A DNA stretch of 63,525 nucleotides, the filler included, from Phoronis australis (taxonomy: Eukaryota > Animalia > Phoronida), in NCBI GenBank assembly GCA_002633005.1. It is 12 parts of 12 records of this genome, joined end to end, with 100 filler letters (N's around TTAATTAATTAA, not from the genome) between each part and the next. Parts side by side here need not be neighbours in the genome. Positions count along the whole stretch, not along the records: positions 21,944 to 28,629 come from NMRA01001459.1; positions 28,730 to 40,758 come from NMRA01001207.1; 10 more parts are not named here. The stretch is one strand, 5' to 3'. The position numbers were made by a program, and so were the translations under genes. The notes under the pieces were generated by a model. The model saw only the letters and a list, made by a program, of their open reading frames with translations. It ran no database searches and had not been told where the DNA came from. Positions 23,292 to 37,120 of the stretch are shown here, one piece after another (the stretch's first letter is position 1; the number at the start of each line of letters is the position of its first letter).

Positions 23292-26200
23292 TTAATTGTT
23301 TCACAGCAAAGTACGGTATTCCTAGGCTTTTAAATCATGAAAGTTTTGTAATTATATCGGAACATGAGGTTTGGAAATTAGCCAGTTATTTATTGTGTTC
23401 GAAAAAGGTTTACGCGATTTTAATTTAAAAATCAGTTTTTTCGATATGCAAAAGTGAAGAATTTTAAAAATAGTTTGTAATAGATTTAAGAAAACAGCGG
23501 GTGTGAAATCGCAAATCATCCACTGCACAAAGATCTAGTTTTAGAAACTGGCACCTGGGGGCCAGAAGTATTCGAAGTAATCGACGTCGACTTATTTGAT
23601 CATCATATTTGCAAAAACTCAATGAAGCCTCTTTTTGAGGTTTATGAGATACAGTTGCATACTGCCCGTAGTTTGGCACTGTAAAATACGCGTTGGTCTG
23701 TCTTTTCTATTGGCTGTTACTAAAAAATAAACAAAAGAGATCATTTTTTATTTCCTTATTTTCTTAGTCAGACGGCAAAGTGGTGAAACATATCATTAGA
23801 AATCACCAGCATCCCGCCAGATGATCCCCATACCACCTGAATATGCTTAAAAATGAAGTGGGCAAAATTAACCGAGTTTTTGCACACCAGTGAAGGTTAA
23901 AGGAAACCCCTTTGAAAATTTTGATTGAAAGGTTCAATGTCTACACTTATTTAAAGCATTTATTTTTACCTTACCGTGAATATTTTTGTCCCAAACATGG
24001 GCTATTTTCTACCAAAATATCTATGATCCTCTATAACTTAAAAAGTAATGTCCCAAATTTTTTTTCAAGCTCTATATCGGTGACCCTAGAGTCGACCTTT
24101 TAATCCTATTGGGGGGTCTCAGTCCATTGCTTTTGACTCCTTACAAAAGGGTGCCTTTTCCAGTTAATCGTCTTTCAAAGATTCCATTATTGCAACAATG
24201 CAAAAACACTGTGCAAAAGGATTTGTTATAGGAAACACATAGGTGCGAAAGTTTGTGTGGATCCCTTTGAATTGTATTTGTCCTCTTAAAGGCGGGATCT
24301 ACATGCCAGCTTTGTAAAAAGGTGAAGTGCACCAATTTAACACCTCGCCAAATGTTGAGTTCCTGTCGCTCCCCCCCCCCGAAATATTTTCACGTTAAAA
24401 GTCATTCAGGGATAACATCTGGTCGTTTTAAACGTAAAAATAGATCATGTATTTTACGGGTTTTTAGCTTCATCAAAAGATTGAAATTGCTGTTCAAATA
24501 TTTGTAAAAAATTTCACACTTCGTACTTTAGCCAGCGACAAATTGCATATACAATATGTAAATGATCTTTATTGCAGCATTATATTGACAGCAATACCAG
24601 GATCTTGGTAATGTCTTGCCGCTATTATTTTTTAATTCAGATTATTGCTGTATCATAATCTGATGACGGACGGATGTAATGATTACCTAAAATTCCTGAT
24701 ACCCGCACTTGTTTATGTCAAACTTGAACACATAATCTTTTAGATTTATATATTGGCGAGGGTGCGCATCGTGTAGAACAATACACACCACTTTTTGTTA
24801 AGGGAAATCGCGCCCACTTGAAAGTACACGAATCTTACGTGAGGAATAACATGTGAAGTTAAACCCGCGTCTTGTTTCAAGTAATGCGCAGATGCCATAA
24901 AGCTCAGACCTCGGAAAAAGTTTTCAAAAAAGATCCAACTGATGTATTTTAGCATCAAATGCGCAAAGACCGGTTTCGAATAATTTTTGTCTGCTAAGAA
25001 AATTGAATTCAGCTTCTGTTTTTGTTTTTGTATTACGTTCTTTAAGTGTGATAAATAGTTGGAAACACAGTAATCTTTATTTGTCTGTTTGTCAATAACT
25101 CACCTATGAATTTTTAATTTATAAATGCTTTTAATCTCCAGTGGCATGTTTACATATCATCAAATTACCTATGCAGCAATATATTATTCACTTTACACAA
25201 GCGAACAGATCAATACAATCTTTTGTTGAATTTCCAAAACACCCAATGATAGAAAAATATTCCGACCTTCTGCATTGTTACAACAGCCAAAAGCATCGAT
25301 CGCAATTTTTTATGTTTGTTTGGTGATATCGAATTCCTTTTCTTAAATCAAACATATTACCCTGCACTATTGGCAATAGCGAGGATCCATTTTTATATAC
25401 AGCATGTGTAGCTTAGCCTCGTGCATTGGTGAACCGGTTTAGAGTCGTTTGCATAATGAAAAGTGTTGTATTTTAATCGCTGTTTCTGTCGCCATTCATA
25501 AAGTTTCATGAAACTCATGCTTTCTGTCAAAAAACAAATTTTGATTTAATGTACTGGTATCGTGACGAACTTTTCTTATTCCTTACTCTGTTCAGGAGTG
25601 ATCTCTTGGCTCGGAAGACATTTCTTCTGGCAAACCTGGTAAAATTCAACATCTCGCAGCGACCTACATGTGTAAGCTTGGTCTGAAGAAATATCACACT
25701 CCCTTCCGCCATCTTGTTTTCCGCACGTATGGGAAAAACTTTCAAATTCGTGTTTTACTAGTTTAGTTGAAATTGTAATGCATTCATACCCAGTCGCTAA
25801 ATAAATATACTTTATGTGGCATGAGCACGACTTGTTTGGTTTCTATGAAGGTATAGTTTTAATTATATTTTACTTAAAAATCGCCCAACGTGAACAAATA
25901 GTGTCTCTTCACATGCGATTACATTTAGTCTAGCTAAGACGAGAGATCAGACGAAGATGCCATTCTTGCAGAGCTGTCTTTTTCGCAATCAACATGGAAC
26001 TGTAGAAAACCTAATACAACGTCCAAATTTACATGTCGATTTTGTTAATGGACTGAAGATAATCTAACCACAATAATAGGAACTCAGGAGCTCTAATCAA
26101 CCGTCTCCGTTACGTCGTTGGTATTTTTCCGCACGCGTAAGAACGCCCCTCGACGCAGCGCAGCCCCAAGAAGGTTTTTCAAACATCTTAGATGTACGCC

Positions 26201-28869
26201 GGATATGTGTGGACAGTCAGTAAGAGATTTCAGAACAAACAAAAACTGACGGTAAATGCAAAAATGCCTAAACCTGATCTTGTGTGCATAGTACAGCATT
26301 TGTCTTAAGCCTTTCAAGCGGGAGATTTATATGGTGTTCACACGAACCCAAAGAGGGATCCCTCAACGGCTCGTAAGGTGAAATTACCTAACCCGTGAAG
26401 CTGAATCGTCCTTTGGGGTGCAAACCAAAGTTGAAGTGTCCTCATTCCACTTCTTGCATTTTTTTCGCAAAACCTTGCGAAGGCTTCGAGTTGGGTTCAA
26501 GACAGCTGCGACGGTTTTGTAATAATTTGAAAATAAAATATTCGCGAGCAATAATGCTAGTCCTTGCGACTCTCTTGGGTGCGACCCCTTGCGAATGTTT
26601 TGAGAAATGTTGTACATTCCCCGTGAAGTCGTTTTCAAATTGTCGCTATGTTGTGACTGTCCAAAGAGGTGGGATTTAAAGTAAGAGGATGAAATGATAT
26701 TTCAGTGTGCTTTACTAGGTGACGCCGCTGGCTTATGTTGTCCATGTGGTGGCAACGTCGGGCATATGTCCGAAACTGCTCTTCTGTACAATACAAACAG
26801 AATTGCAGAGCCGGATTCAAGGAGCAGGCTTAATAGAAGATTTGTTCATGGTGCAGGCCTTCGACATTAACCACTCACCCCTTACAAAAGGAGAACTTCT
26901 GAGAAGAGGAGCTAAACAATGTGTTATGATAAGCAATTAAACAATATGTGTCGTCAATGTGGAAACACACAGACAACAATTTAATTTGAGTGCGACAACA
27001 CCATGCTATCACACTATGACAGCATCTTGCTGGCGCACTCGACTGGCAAAAACGACCCTTTCGCGGAAAGCTTTAATATCATTCTAGATGAAACATTAGT
27101 GTTTTAGCTAGTATTTTGCCAGTAAAACTGTTAGGAGGCTTTGATGTTTGTCATGCCTGTGAGGTAACCCACAAAGAATACTCAAAATAAGCTATTTGAT
27201 TTTATTGTAATAATACCTGGACAAAGCAAGTTCAACGGAGCGACAAACTCATTTTTGTGTTTCCATTTCAATGGTTTGAATTTGAACAATGCATAAAAAC
27301 AATAAAAGAAATCAATATCCATTGGCTTTACACTGTTTCAGCCTTCGGGAGCATGACACAGTCAAGGGCGTCAAATGAATATTTCTATTGCTTTGACTGG
27401 CGATGTATCCATTGCCAGGTAGACTGAAAAAATGTCCGGCTGTATTACTTGTGATAAATGTCGAGTAAGCATATTTGATGTTTAGAAATTGAGCTAAGTT
27501 CGTTTTAACCGGCTCAGTACACTTGATGTGCTACGTTGCCTTTTGTATAAAGAATCGGACAAGAAATGCTGAAATATTTCTGAAAACTATGTTGAAATCT
27601 ATGGTTATCCTGATAAAATTGAACGTGGCTGCAGGCTTCCCAAACTTATGCCGGAGTCGGAGAGCAGAGGTTGTCGACTATTCAAGATCACAGGGGCACT
27701 GGCAGATATTCCCGTCATAAAATACATGTTATTTTCGCAAACTAGTCAAATCCATTCTCCAGTTTGACTATTCACATTCACGTCTTCAGCTAGCATGCTG
27801 ACTACTAAATAAAAATTTGTTTAAACCAATGGAAAAATATTAACGTTTAACTTAGTTGTTGTCGTCCTGCTGCAGGGGCGAGTTCTACACATAACTGATC
27901 AGGCCAATGCTTTATGGGGAATCGAAATATGTAAATGAGTTTTAACGTTTTGCAAATGAGGGTCCTTAACACCTCCAAACTGAAATCTTGAAGAAACGGC
28001 CAAGAACAGGCCAACTTTGATTTAAGTTCGACAATTTCTTTGTAGGATTCTTGCTAGCTCAAATTCCGTAATCATAAGTTTGCTTGTACCACTTATAAAT
28101 TAGTTTAAAGCAACGTGACAAAACTTTTAAATACTTCGGAACGCCTGATGCTACAGAATATAAGATAACGTGAGAGAAGACGGTCAGACCCACGGGTAAA
28201 TGTGTTTCCACGGCCCGCCGTCATATCAGTACTAGTACTCTCACTAGTTTCACTTTTATTATCACCCAGTTCACTTTCCTGGTATCGGTCTTGTTATAGG
28301 CTTAGTAGCGGTGTGAATGGGCCTGATCCCCTTGAAAAAAATCGCAGTTTAGGGGCGTCAAATCAGAAAACGTACTGCTTAAAACTGGGTTCATAAAATT
28401 TCACTCTTCGCTGTTTTGGCTGTAACAAATTGTGTACTCTTTACCTTACATGACGGGAGCGTTGCTTTGTAGTTGTTTTTACGACGCGCCCTATCACGAA
28501 TGTCGTTATTGCCTAGTGCCTTGTGGATCCAACACAGGATCTTCAACTGTCAGATGTCACGTGATCTAAAAATCCGAAGCTACCATTTGCGGATTTAGAT
28601 CTATCGCTACCGCTGGAAAAATTGTCGCANNNNNNNNNNNNNNNNNNNNNNNNNNNNNNNNNNNNNNNNNNNNTTAATTAATTAANNNNNNNNNNNNNNN
28701 NNNNNNNNNNNNNNNNNNNNNNNNNNNNNGTTTCTGGGTTTGTTATTATTTCTTTGTATGTTCTGTGTATCCTTCAATAAATATATATCACAGTGAAAAA
28801 AAAAGAAAATGTTTGCAACATGAACAAAATGTTTTATCTACGTTACAGCTTTAATAGTTTCCACGAAAT

Positions 28870-29139
28870 CTAACACGACAGTACGTACTCAATATCAGGT
28901 GCCGCAGAGGTGTTTTCAGCCTTTTTGGAGAACACCATATCAAACATAAAAAATACAGACTGTTTCAAAGAGAGGTCAACAGCCGATCTACTGAAGTTCT
29001 TCCTCGTACGTAGCACTGAGAACACACCGTTTTCCAGCACTTCACGTAATATTGGATCTGCAAATTTCAACTTTTGGTAAAACATTGTTCCCCATCTGGC
29101 GTAGTTTTGGCGGTTCTGGGCAAATAATACATCTAGCAT
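28870..29139 (-). pseudogene. Transposase fragment, probably Academ superfamily
   Basis: FAQNRQNYARW...GVFSVLRT...FSRSAVDLSLKQS fits the NYARW...GxFxVxRT...DxxLEQT pattern. Confidence 0.55.
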
Positions 29140-29735
29140 AGTCGGGAAAAGTTAATATAGCCACTGACGTCATTGTTCTTAACGCATCTCTGGAAATCTG
29201 TGTGGGCTCGGTTTGGAGATTGCCCGAAACTGATCAGTGTTACCAAATTTGCCATTAATCACTATGTGAAATGAAGGTAGTTGGCGCGCATACATAACGC
29301 AGAAGGCAGCAAAAGAGGGCATTTTGATTATTATTCCTTTTAGCAGTTGCATCAAATGACTCGCCCGAAAACAGAGCAACGCAGCTTAGAGTGGTAAAAT
29401 TGGACAACGAAAAATCGAAATTCGTGCAAACACAAACGGTGCTATCCGTCTCGGACAGGTTTTTAGGTTTTGTTTTTAGTAGTGAATCATGTGGGGTCTG
29501 TTTTCGCATGGACTTGTGAGGTCGCTGGAACATCAGGCGCGGTGTTTCTGGTTTTCATGCCCTGACGTAAACTTAAGACAAAATTCTTTCACCTTGCTTG
29601 GTATCCTATGTTGTACGGACTCAGTGGCTGGTTCCTCAATGTGATGTTTATTCATTGTGAATGGGCTTATAATCAATTACGTTTCGACTCTTTATTTGTC
29701 TGACTGGGGCACCTTACTGTTTTTTCACGTGCATT

Positions 29736-30273
29736 GATGCTGAACATCGGACGATTGGTTTCAAACGGTTACCTGGTGAGTTGATTTAGCTCAACTCAGG
29801 TACTTGGGCATGTCTGGCGGGGATAACCCACCACTAGATTTGTCTGGCAGTGTTTATTCGTGATACCTGGGCTAACGATAAGTATTTTGGAACTGGTTTT
29901 AAGCGGTTACCTCTTGGGTTTACCTAGCTCAATTTTTAACCGTTTTTGATAATCGTCTGGCAGGGGCACCCCACCACTGAAATTGTTTGGCATCTAACAG
30001 TTGTGCCATGTACAGTGATGCTGAACATCGTGCAATTAGTTTCAAACGGTTACCTGGTGGGTTGATCTAGCTCAACTCGGGTATTTGAGCGTGTCTGGCG
30101 GGGCTAACCTACCATTAGATTTGTCTGGCAGTGTTCATTCATGATACCTGGGCTCACGCTGAATATTTTGCAACTGGTTTTACGCGGTTATCTCTTGGAT
30201 TGATCTAGCTCATTTTTTTCACCTTGTTTATAACCGTCTGGCTGATACTCCCCACCACTGAAATTGTCTGGCA
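29736..30273. repeat. 281-bp tandem repeat (2 copies), each a dimer of diverged subunits
   Basis: TGATGCTGAACATCG at 29736 and 30017; CGGTTA, TAGCTCA, GTCTGGC and CACCA motifs each appear four times in order. Confidence 0.85.
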
Positions 30274-30872
30274 GTGACCAATTTTGATACAGTGGATTAC
30301 ACAAGAATGGCTACCGTAAATACGTTTGTTTCCGAGGTCTCTCAACAGGGTCCCAAGTACCTGACAATTATGGTACGCTACACTTGGAGTTTGGCAATTG
30401 CACATGAAGTATAGAAGCAGTTAAAAGCTAACTGGACAATGCAAAATATTGGTATTATCGTGAAACACACTCAAGTTAATGGAAAAAAGGAAGATTCAGC
30501 TGTCTTCGTGCGTTCACTTTGATATTTTGTTTTTTGACCTAATGCTTTTAACTCTGACACTTCTCAGACAAGTGGACACAGATCTCTTTGATATGTTGTA
30601 CGTTTGGTGGTGATAGCCTAAGGCTCATCTGTAAGAAATTAAAATGTCACGCCGCGACAAGTCAATTTGTAATGCCAGGTCTCAAGGACTAAAATGGTTA
30701 GAAAATTAAATGGTGACTCAATAAAATGCTGGTACTTCCACTCAGACATATCACTTCTGAAATCAGCACTGTCCGCAGACTGAGTAAGCTTGATTTACCG
30801 AAGACGCTGATGCGTGAGAGTTGAGTTCGTACGGTTTCAAACACGCAAAGTCTGCCGATGTGGCGAGGTTTA

Positions 30873-31207
30873 AACAGCTTATTATTTAAAATGACTTATT
30901 CTTATTAAAATGACATAGGCAAAAAATTGAATTTTGGACCTCAAAAGCGAGGCCCCCTATATTAATATAGGGGGCCTCGCTGAATGGAGGCCGGAGAGCG
31001 GGCCCACCTATGTTAATATAGGTGGCCCCGCTCTCCGGCCTCCTTTCGGCGGGGCCACCTATATTAATATAGGGGCCCCGCTCTCCGGCGTCCTTTCGGC
31101 GGGGCCCTCCTATATTAATATAGAGGGCCTCGCTTTTGAGGTCCGAAATTCAATTTTTTGCCTATGTCATTTTAATAAGAATAAGTCATTTTAAATAATA
31201 AGCTGTT
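30873..31207. mobile_element. Foldback element or MITE with ~100-bp TIRs and four internal palindromes
   Basis: AACAGCTTATTATTTAAAATGAC...GTCATTTTAAATAATAAGCTGTT flanked by TTTA on both sides. Confidence 0.85.
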
Positions 31208-33671
31208 TTTAACTCTTTCAAATCTACGTGGCTTACCAACTCGCAGTGGCACCGCCTCTACTTAGCAAACGCTTTGGCACCGTAGACCATTGTACATGGA
31301 CCGCCAACTCCGTGTGTTTTAATGGATGAAATCTGCGATCTTATGCATAACCGCTATCGACATCTGGCACACATAGCACGTTTTACTTCGGGTAAATACA
31401 TCGTCTGCTAATTATGGTAATTTCGTCGTGCTTTGGATCGGCGATTTTTCCCAACTCACATCCGTGTTTAAAAAAATTTGACGCTCGTAAAACGTTAACT
31501 TCTTCAGCAATGAATGCTCCAATGAACGCCGGCACCGCTCAAAATTTCTGGACTGTCCTATTGGAAGACTTTAAACAGTTTTTCAATGTCAAAATCATTT
31601 CTGTTGCAGTAGACAGTGAAACAGATGCAAGAATTTCCGGGCACAATATACTAACCGGAAACTGAGTCTGCTATGTTTACAGGATGACGCCTCATCTAGG
31701 ATATTTCGCAAGAAAATGTCAGAGTTGCTAATCTGATGTCTATAATCCATAGTGGCACTGTCAAAATCACTACTATTCACCAATGCATATATGCTGTCTG
31801 CTTCATGCCATAAAGTCATTATACACAGTCTAAAACCTCAAAAAGTGCAAAAAAATGTAATAGAATTGGTAATGGAAATCTACAGGCTTCTTGGGTAAAG
31901 GTCAGTAACTGTAGGACCTACGCTAGGACGTCGCAAAAATCAGGTGTCCTGATTTGAAATACACGGATATATATCACATAATCTCGCGAAATCTTGCGTT
32001 GTAGCGAGGTCCTCGCGTTATTGAACTCTACCTGGCTATAGAAGAAAGTTGTCAGAATTGAAAAGCGACAGAACAAGGCTTCACGGCGTGTTTTTGGAAT
32101 TCTCTCACTATGTGTACCATATATCAAGAGGGATCAGAGGAATGTTACACGGCTTCTCGTATAACATGTATGTGCTTGGCAAAGGTATGATGTAATAGCA
32201 CAACAAACCATAGCACAATTGGAAACACGAAATCGTCGAGATGCAAATATTAAGTTCAATTTGATGGGACAAACAGGTTTTCCTACATACATAGGATTAC
32301 CACTGCGATATCCTGTCTCGAATGCATTCACTCCCAGCTGCCGCCGCTCACTAATCGATCTTTTGACTCGTGACGGCGGCTTCCTTTAGATTGGTTAGTA
32401 CCCGCATGCGCACACCCAGTCTAAAATATATGGGACTCACATTTTTGACTATATGGACCTTTTACTTACGAAAAATGGAAGACCAAAAAACACGGGGCAC
32501 CACGTTCAAGCCTGTGAATTGTGCATTCGCACATTTTTAGTGGACTTTTGTCTCTGAGGCAGACCTTTTTGACCACTTCGCCAAATGGGGGGGGGCTCGT
32601 TCGAGGCCCCCGATACCTCCTCCCCCAAGTGCGCACATGTCTCAGTCAATACAAGGCCGTGATTTTGAAAACGCAGCTATTTTTTAGTCCCCATGCACGG
32701 TTCTTATTTGTCTGTGTTATGCGGAACAGCAACTTTTTCGGCAATAGTCGGATGTAACGTGCACGTATTTTGAGAACCAATTTGATGCCCATTATTCAGT
32801 GGAGAAAACTGCTTTTAAAATTCTGGAACGTTATAAGCGATCATGGCCGCATTTCTTTGTCTTTTTAAAATTTTGCCGGGATCTCATATCACGCGTCCAT
32901 GACGATGGTTTATGAAAGAAGAAAAGTTTCATACGGGCACTTCTTGAGATTAAAAACGAGTTGGGATGCTTAACAGTCTTTGCTTTGGCCATTTTATTTT
33001 GACAAATGACGCTCAATTTGTTGTTGACACCATGCATATCAGGTTCACTCTCCACTAAAGTGCCCAATATAAGAAAACGGTTTCAAACGTCGAAAAAAAA
33101 AATTAAATTGTCCAAAACCACTCCCGTTTTTTTAGTCAAACTCAACTTCACTATCGGTGGAGCCATGGACAATACAATTTTTATTCTAAGTTGGACAGTT
33201 TTTGCACTGTCTGAGGCTTGAAGTCCCATTTTCGGCATTTTATCGCTGTCACAGGCGATAGAGAATTGTGTACGGTTTGCATATTTTTGTTTTACCGTTT
33301 GCTGCCCAATTAGGAAGGTTACACATTTTAGTTACAGACATTAATCGAAGAAAAATGTTGGTTTGAAGTCCGACCAATGTCTTTATAATTCTGGAAAAAA
33401 ATATAGTAGTCACAAAAATCAGTCATAGATACGTTATGACTGCACAAGACTTCTCAGAATTTATATTCACACTTTCAAATAATATTGTCACGCTTTTTTA
33501 TTGTGAAAACATTACGTAATCAGGAAACAAAATCATTAATTTCATAGATATTAACAGAAAGAGCTGCAGTGTCTCTGAAGTACGAAATTCAAATTGTTAC
33601 TCAAATGCTTTCATAGATACGTTATCACGTTTAGTGAAACTGGGAGACATCTTGGGAATGTAAAAGCATTT

Positions 33672-34598
33672 AATGAAGTGCCAGAGAAAGAGGAGCCAGG
33701 AGCGGATGTCGGCGCAGGCCTCCTTGTTGAGTGTAACGTGGAGGTGGGGACGGTGGAGCCCCTTGGTGAGGTCGATGAGGCGGCGGAGAAAGGCGCGGCC
33801 CGGCAAAATGACCAAGCAAGCGAAGTTGAGTAGGCCGATGAGCGATTGCATGTCGCGGAGGGTGACCGTGCGCTTACGTTGGAAGTTGAAGAACAGCTCC
33901 TGGGCCTTGCCGAACTTGTCCTGGGGCAGAGATGCAGACATGGTAGAGGTGTCGAGATGAATGCCGAAGAGAGTGAGGGATGTCGTGGGGGGAACAGTCT
34001 TATCCCGTTTGATCGGGACACCAATGGAGGAACAGAGTAGAAATTGTTGAGATTCTGGGAACCCTTGGGGGAGGCGGGGGGACCGATGAAGAAAAAATCG
34101 TCGAGAAGATGACAGGAACCCGACGCCTGGAATGTGGATTCCATAATCCACTGGAGGGATGTGCTGATGCGTTCGAATATGTTGCAAGAAGAAGCTAGAC
34201 CAAAGGGAAGGCACCGGTCATAGTAGAACTTGCCATCCCAGGTGAAACCCAAGAACTTGTAGTCGGAGGGGTGGACAGGGATCAGGCGGAAAGCATCCTG
34301 GATGTCGGTCTTGGCCATGAGAGAGTTGCGGCCAAAGGTAAGGATGGAGGTTATGGCCGTGTCGACAGATTGGTACTGAACCTCGGTGAGGTGAGGGGGT
34401 ATGAAGGCATTGGATGAGTGGTGGTAGGAGATATTGTGAATTAGGCGGAATTTTTGGGCTCCTTTTTGGGGATGAGACCCAAGGGCGACATGACGAAATC
34501 AGGAAAGGGGGGCGAAGAGAAAGGGCCCGCATAACGAGACGCGGAAGTCTCCTTGGTGATTTTCTAGAGGGTGATGGCGGGGGTGGAAAGGGCGGAGG
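33672..34598 (-). mobile_element. DIRS-order (Ngaro-like) retrotransposon reverse transcriptase, frameshifted
   Basis: AKTDIQDAFRLIPV, YYDRCLPFGLASS, HLLDDFF, SLIGLLNFAC, PGRAFLRRLIDL across ORFs 33611-34318 and 33597-34214. Confidence 0.92.
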
Positions 34599-34963
34599 NN
34601 NNNNNNNNNNNNNNNNNNNNNNNNNNNNNNNNNNNNNNNNNNNNNNNNNNNNNNNNNNNNNNNNNNNNNNNNNNNNNNNNNNNNNNNNNNNNNNNNNNNN
34701 NNNNNNNNNNNNNNNNNNNNNNNNNNNNNNNNNNNNNNNNNNNNNNNNNNNNNNNNNNNNNNNNNNNNNNNNNNNNNNNNNNNNNNNNNNNNNNNNNNNN
34801 NNNNNNNNNNNNNNNNNNNNNNNNNNNNNNNNNNNNNNNNNNNNNNNNNNNNNNNNNNNNNNNNNNNNNNNNNNNNNNNNNNNNNNNNNNNNNNNNNNNN
34901 NNNNNNNNNNNNNNNNNNNNNNNNNNNNNNNNNNNNNNNNNNNNNNNNNNNNNNNNNNNNNNN

Positions 34964-35540
34964 GGAGGTTTGAACCCACAGCTCCTGATTGATTTTGTTC
35001 CAGGGGGTGGGGGTAGAGGAACGCAGTTTTCGATATTGCTGGTCGTAAAACATGGCATGTTGGAACCCGAAAGAGGAGATGAAGTGCAGAATTGTCTGGG
35101 CATACTTACACAAGGGGGAACTGGTGAGAGTGGGAGGCGGTGTAGATGGACATATAGATGAGAAATGAAAGGAACCATTCGTGGGGTGTTTGAAGAGATT
35201 TGGACTTGGGTGCGGAGGTAATAACCTGTTGGTCGTCCTGGAGAGTGATGGATAGGATGGAAGCAGAGGAGTGAGAGGGGTAGAACAAATGGTAAAAGTC
35301 TACACATTGGCGTCAGTGATAATCAGATAACGAACCTTATCGTCCAGATTAAAACCTAACGGTAAAGGGTCGTTACTGGAAAGCGGCGGCAGGCTGTGAG
35401 GTGAAGCGGGTGGTAGCGGTCCAAGTCCGGTGGCGAGGACGGCAGCAGGTTGAGGCCCTGGTGCAGGGGCGGTGGTAGATGGAGAAGAGAGCGATGGCAC
35501 AGGAGTGGATGGCAGCAGTAGTGATGGGTCCGCTCGTAGT
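34964..35540 (-). mobile_element. Gag-like ORF remnant of the same DIRS/Ngaro element
   Basis: EWFLSFLIYMSIY...KYAQTI...YDQQYRKLR...PWNKINQELW, preceded by a Pro/Ser-rich segment; same strand and base composition as the RT. Confidence 0.75.
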
Positions 35541-36268
35541 TGCGTGATGATAAAATAAATTCCACACAAAAATATTTACTTTTTGGTTTGAACTGTATAA
35601 AATGATCCATTTTTCCACCAAAACCACTAAAGGTTTCATATACAACTGAGGCTTGTTGTGTTAAAAAGAATACAGCCCAGAGAGATTCTTGCTGAATTTC
35701 AATTCCCTGTAAATAATAACTTTGCATAATTATTTTTTCAGAAAAGTTGACTCTTTCATTGAGGCTCTCACCAAAATGGGTTAGTTTTAATGACTGTGCA
35801 AACTCACAAAAGGGTGAGGTTTTATCTTGCTGATTATGGAAAAGAGTGCGGTATAATCATAATTTCACAGCAACAAACAACCTCCGAAATAATTGAATAC
35901 TCCGTATGACTATACAATGGTAGTCAAAGGCACTGCTGAAAGGCACTGCCAAAAGCGATAAAATCAGTCATTATAATACTATTGCTAGACTGATTAATGT
36001 TTGCGTTTTTATTACCATTGACTGTATTTTTATGCTCCTAGCTTCTGTTAGAAGTGACAAGTGTGCCAGTGACAGTGTATTATATCCTTATCTGACCCAC
36101 CAGTTCAACCTTCTCGGCATTCACGGGAACTTATATAATGCACATGAACATGTTAACATACGAGAGGGTGTGCTGTGAAAAGATCGAGACAATCTCCCAT
36201 GGCCGCTACGCACTCAGCTAGTCCTTACCCCGCTATTCGGTGCTATAGTACGCGACTGTTGTTGTGGG

Positions 36269-36356
36269 CACAGGCGTCCTCAGCTTCTGATCGTCCCCAG
36301 TACACTACATATCATTATATGTAGTGTATTGGGGACAGAAGCTGAGGACGCCTGTG
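36269..36356. mobile_element. 88-bp palindromic micro-MITE (same family as 1628-1702)
   Basis: CACAGGCGTCCTCAGCTTCTG...CAGAAGCTGAGGACGCCTGTG; 8-bp TSD GTTGTGGG on both sides. Confidence 0.9.
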
Positions 36357-37120
36357 GTTGTGGGTGGCCTAATCCTAATGCCTGGAGTAATGGTAATGGG
36401 AATGGCAAGTAATGCCTTTCTTCCACAAATTATTTCGTAAAAAATCACATTACTTCAGAATCCAGCACAGTATATTGGAAAATTATCATAAAATGTTTCG
36501 TATACGTTACTGGTGATGTATCCCTTGACTCGTTAGCTTTGAAATGCAGGAGTTCGATCAAAACATAGAGATTTAAACAGCTGTAAATTCACCGACATTC
36601 TTTCACTGGAAGTCGCCATGTTGGTGAACTAGTTTGACCTATTATACATCTGACCAATAGAATGCCTTGTTTCTTGAAATCGGAACAGCCAATGATATTC
36701 CAAGAATGCGGATGGAAAAGTGCCCTGTAGCAGACCCCAACCAACCTCGAGGGTCTGTGCAGGAGACTAGGATCTTGGCAAGGGCAAGTGTTAACGAACA
36801 GGAAGTTAACTAAGAGCTTGTCACTTGCATCGTGTGTAGTAAGATACTACCTGAAATGTTGCGTCACCAGCCAGAGACTGTGACCAGCAAGAAGAATCGC
36901 GGGTAGAAGGAATTGCCTGCAAATGTTGCATGACCAGAGACGGTGACCAGCAAGTACACTGTCGCTATACAGTGTGTGTAGTTCGAAGATTCACCAACAG
37001 GATTAACTTCCAACAAGTGGAGAGTCCTAGCTTAGATAGCAGATAAGACATTTGATTATTTTGGTTGATTGATTGAGGTAATCTTTAAAGAGGGAGTGTA
37101 GTTACTCTTCTTTGTAGTTT

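Noticed and set aside
36726-37015. Solo LTR (TG...CA)
   Set aside because: No matching TSD and no second copy in the window.
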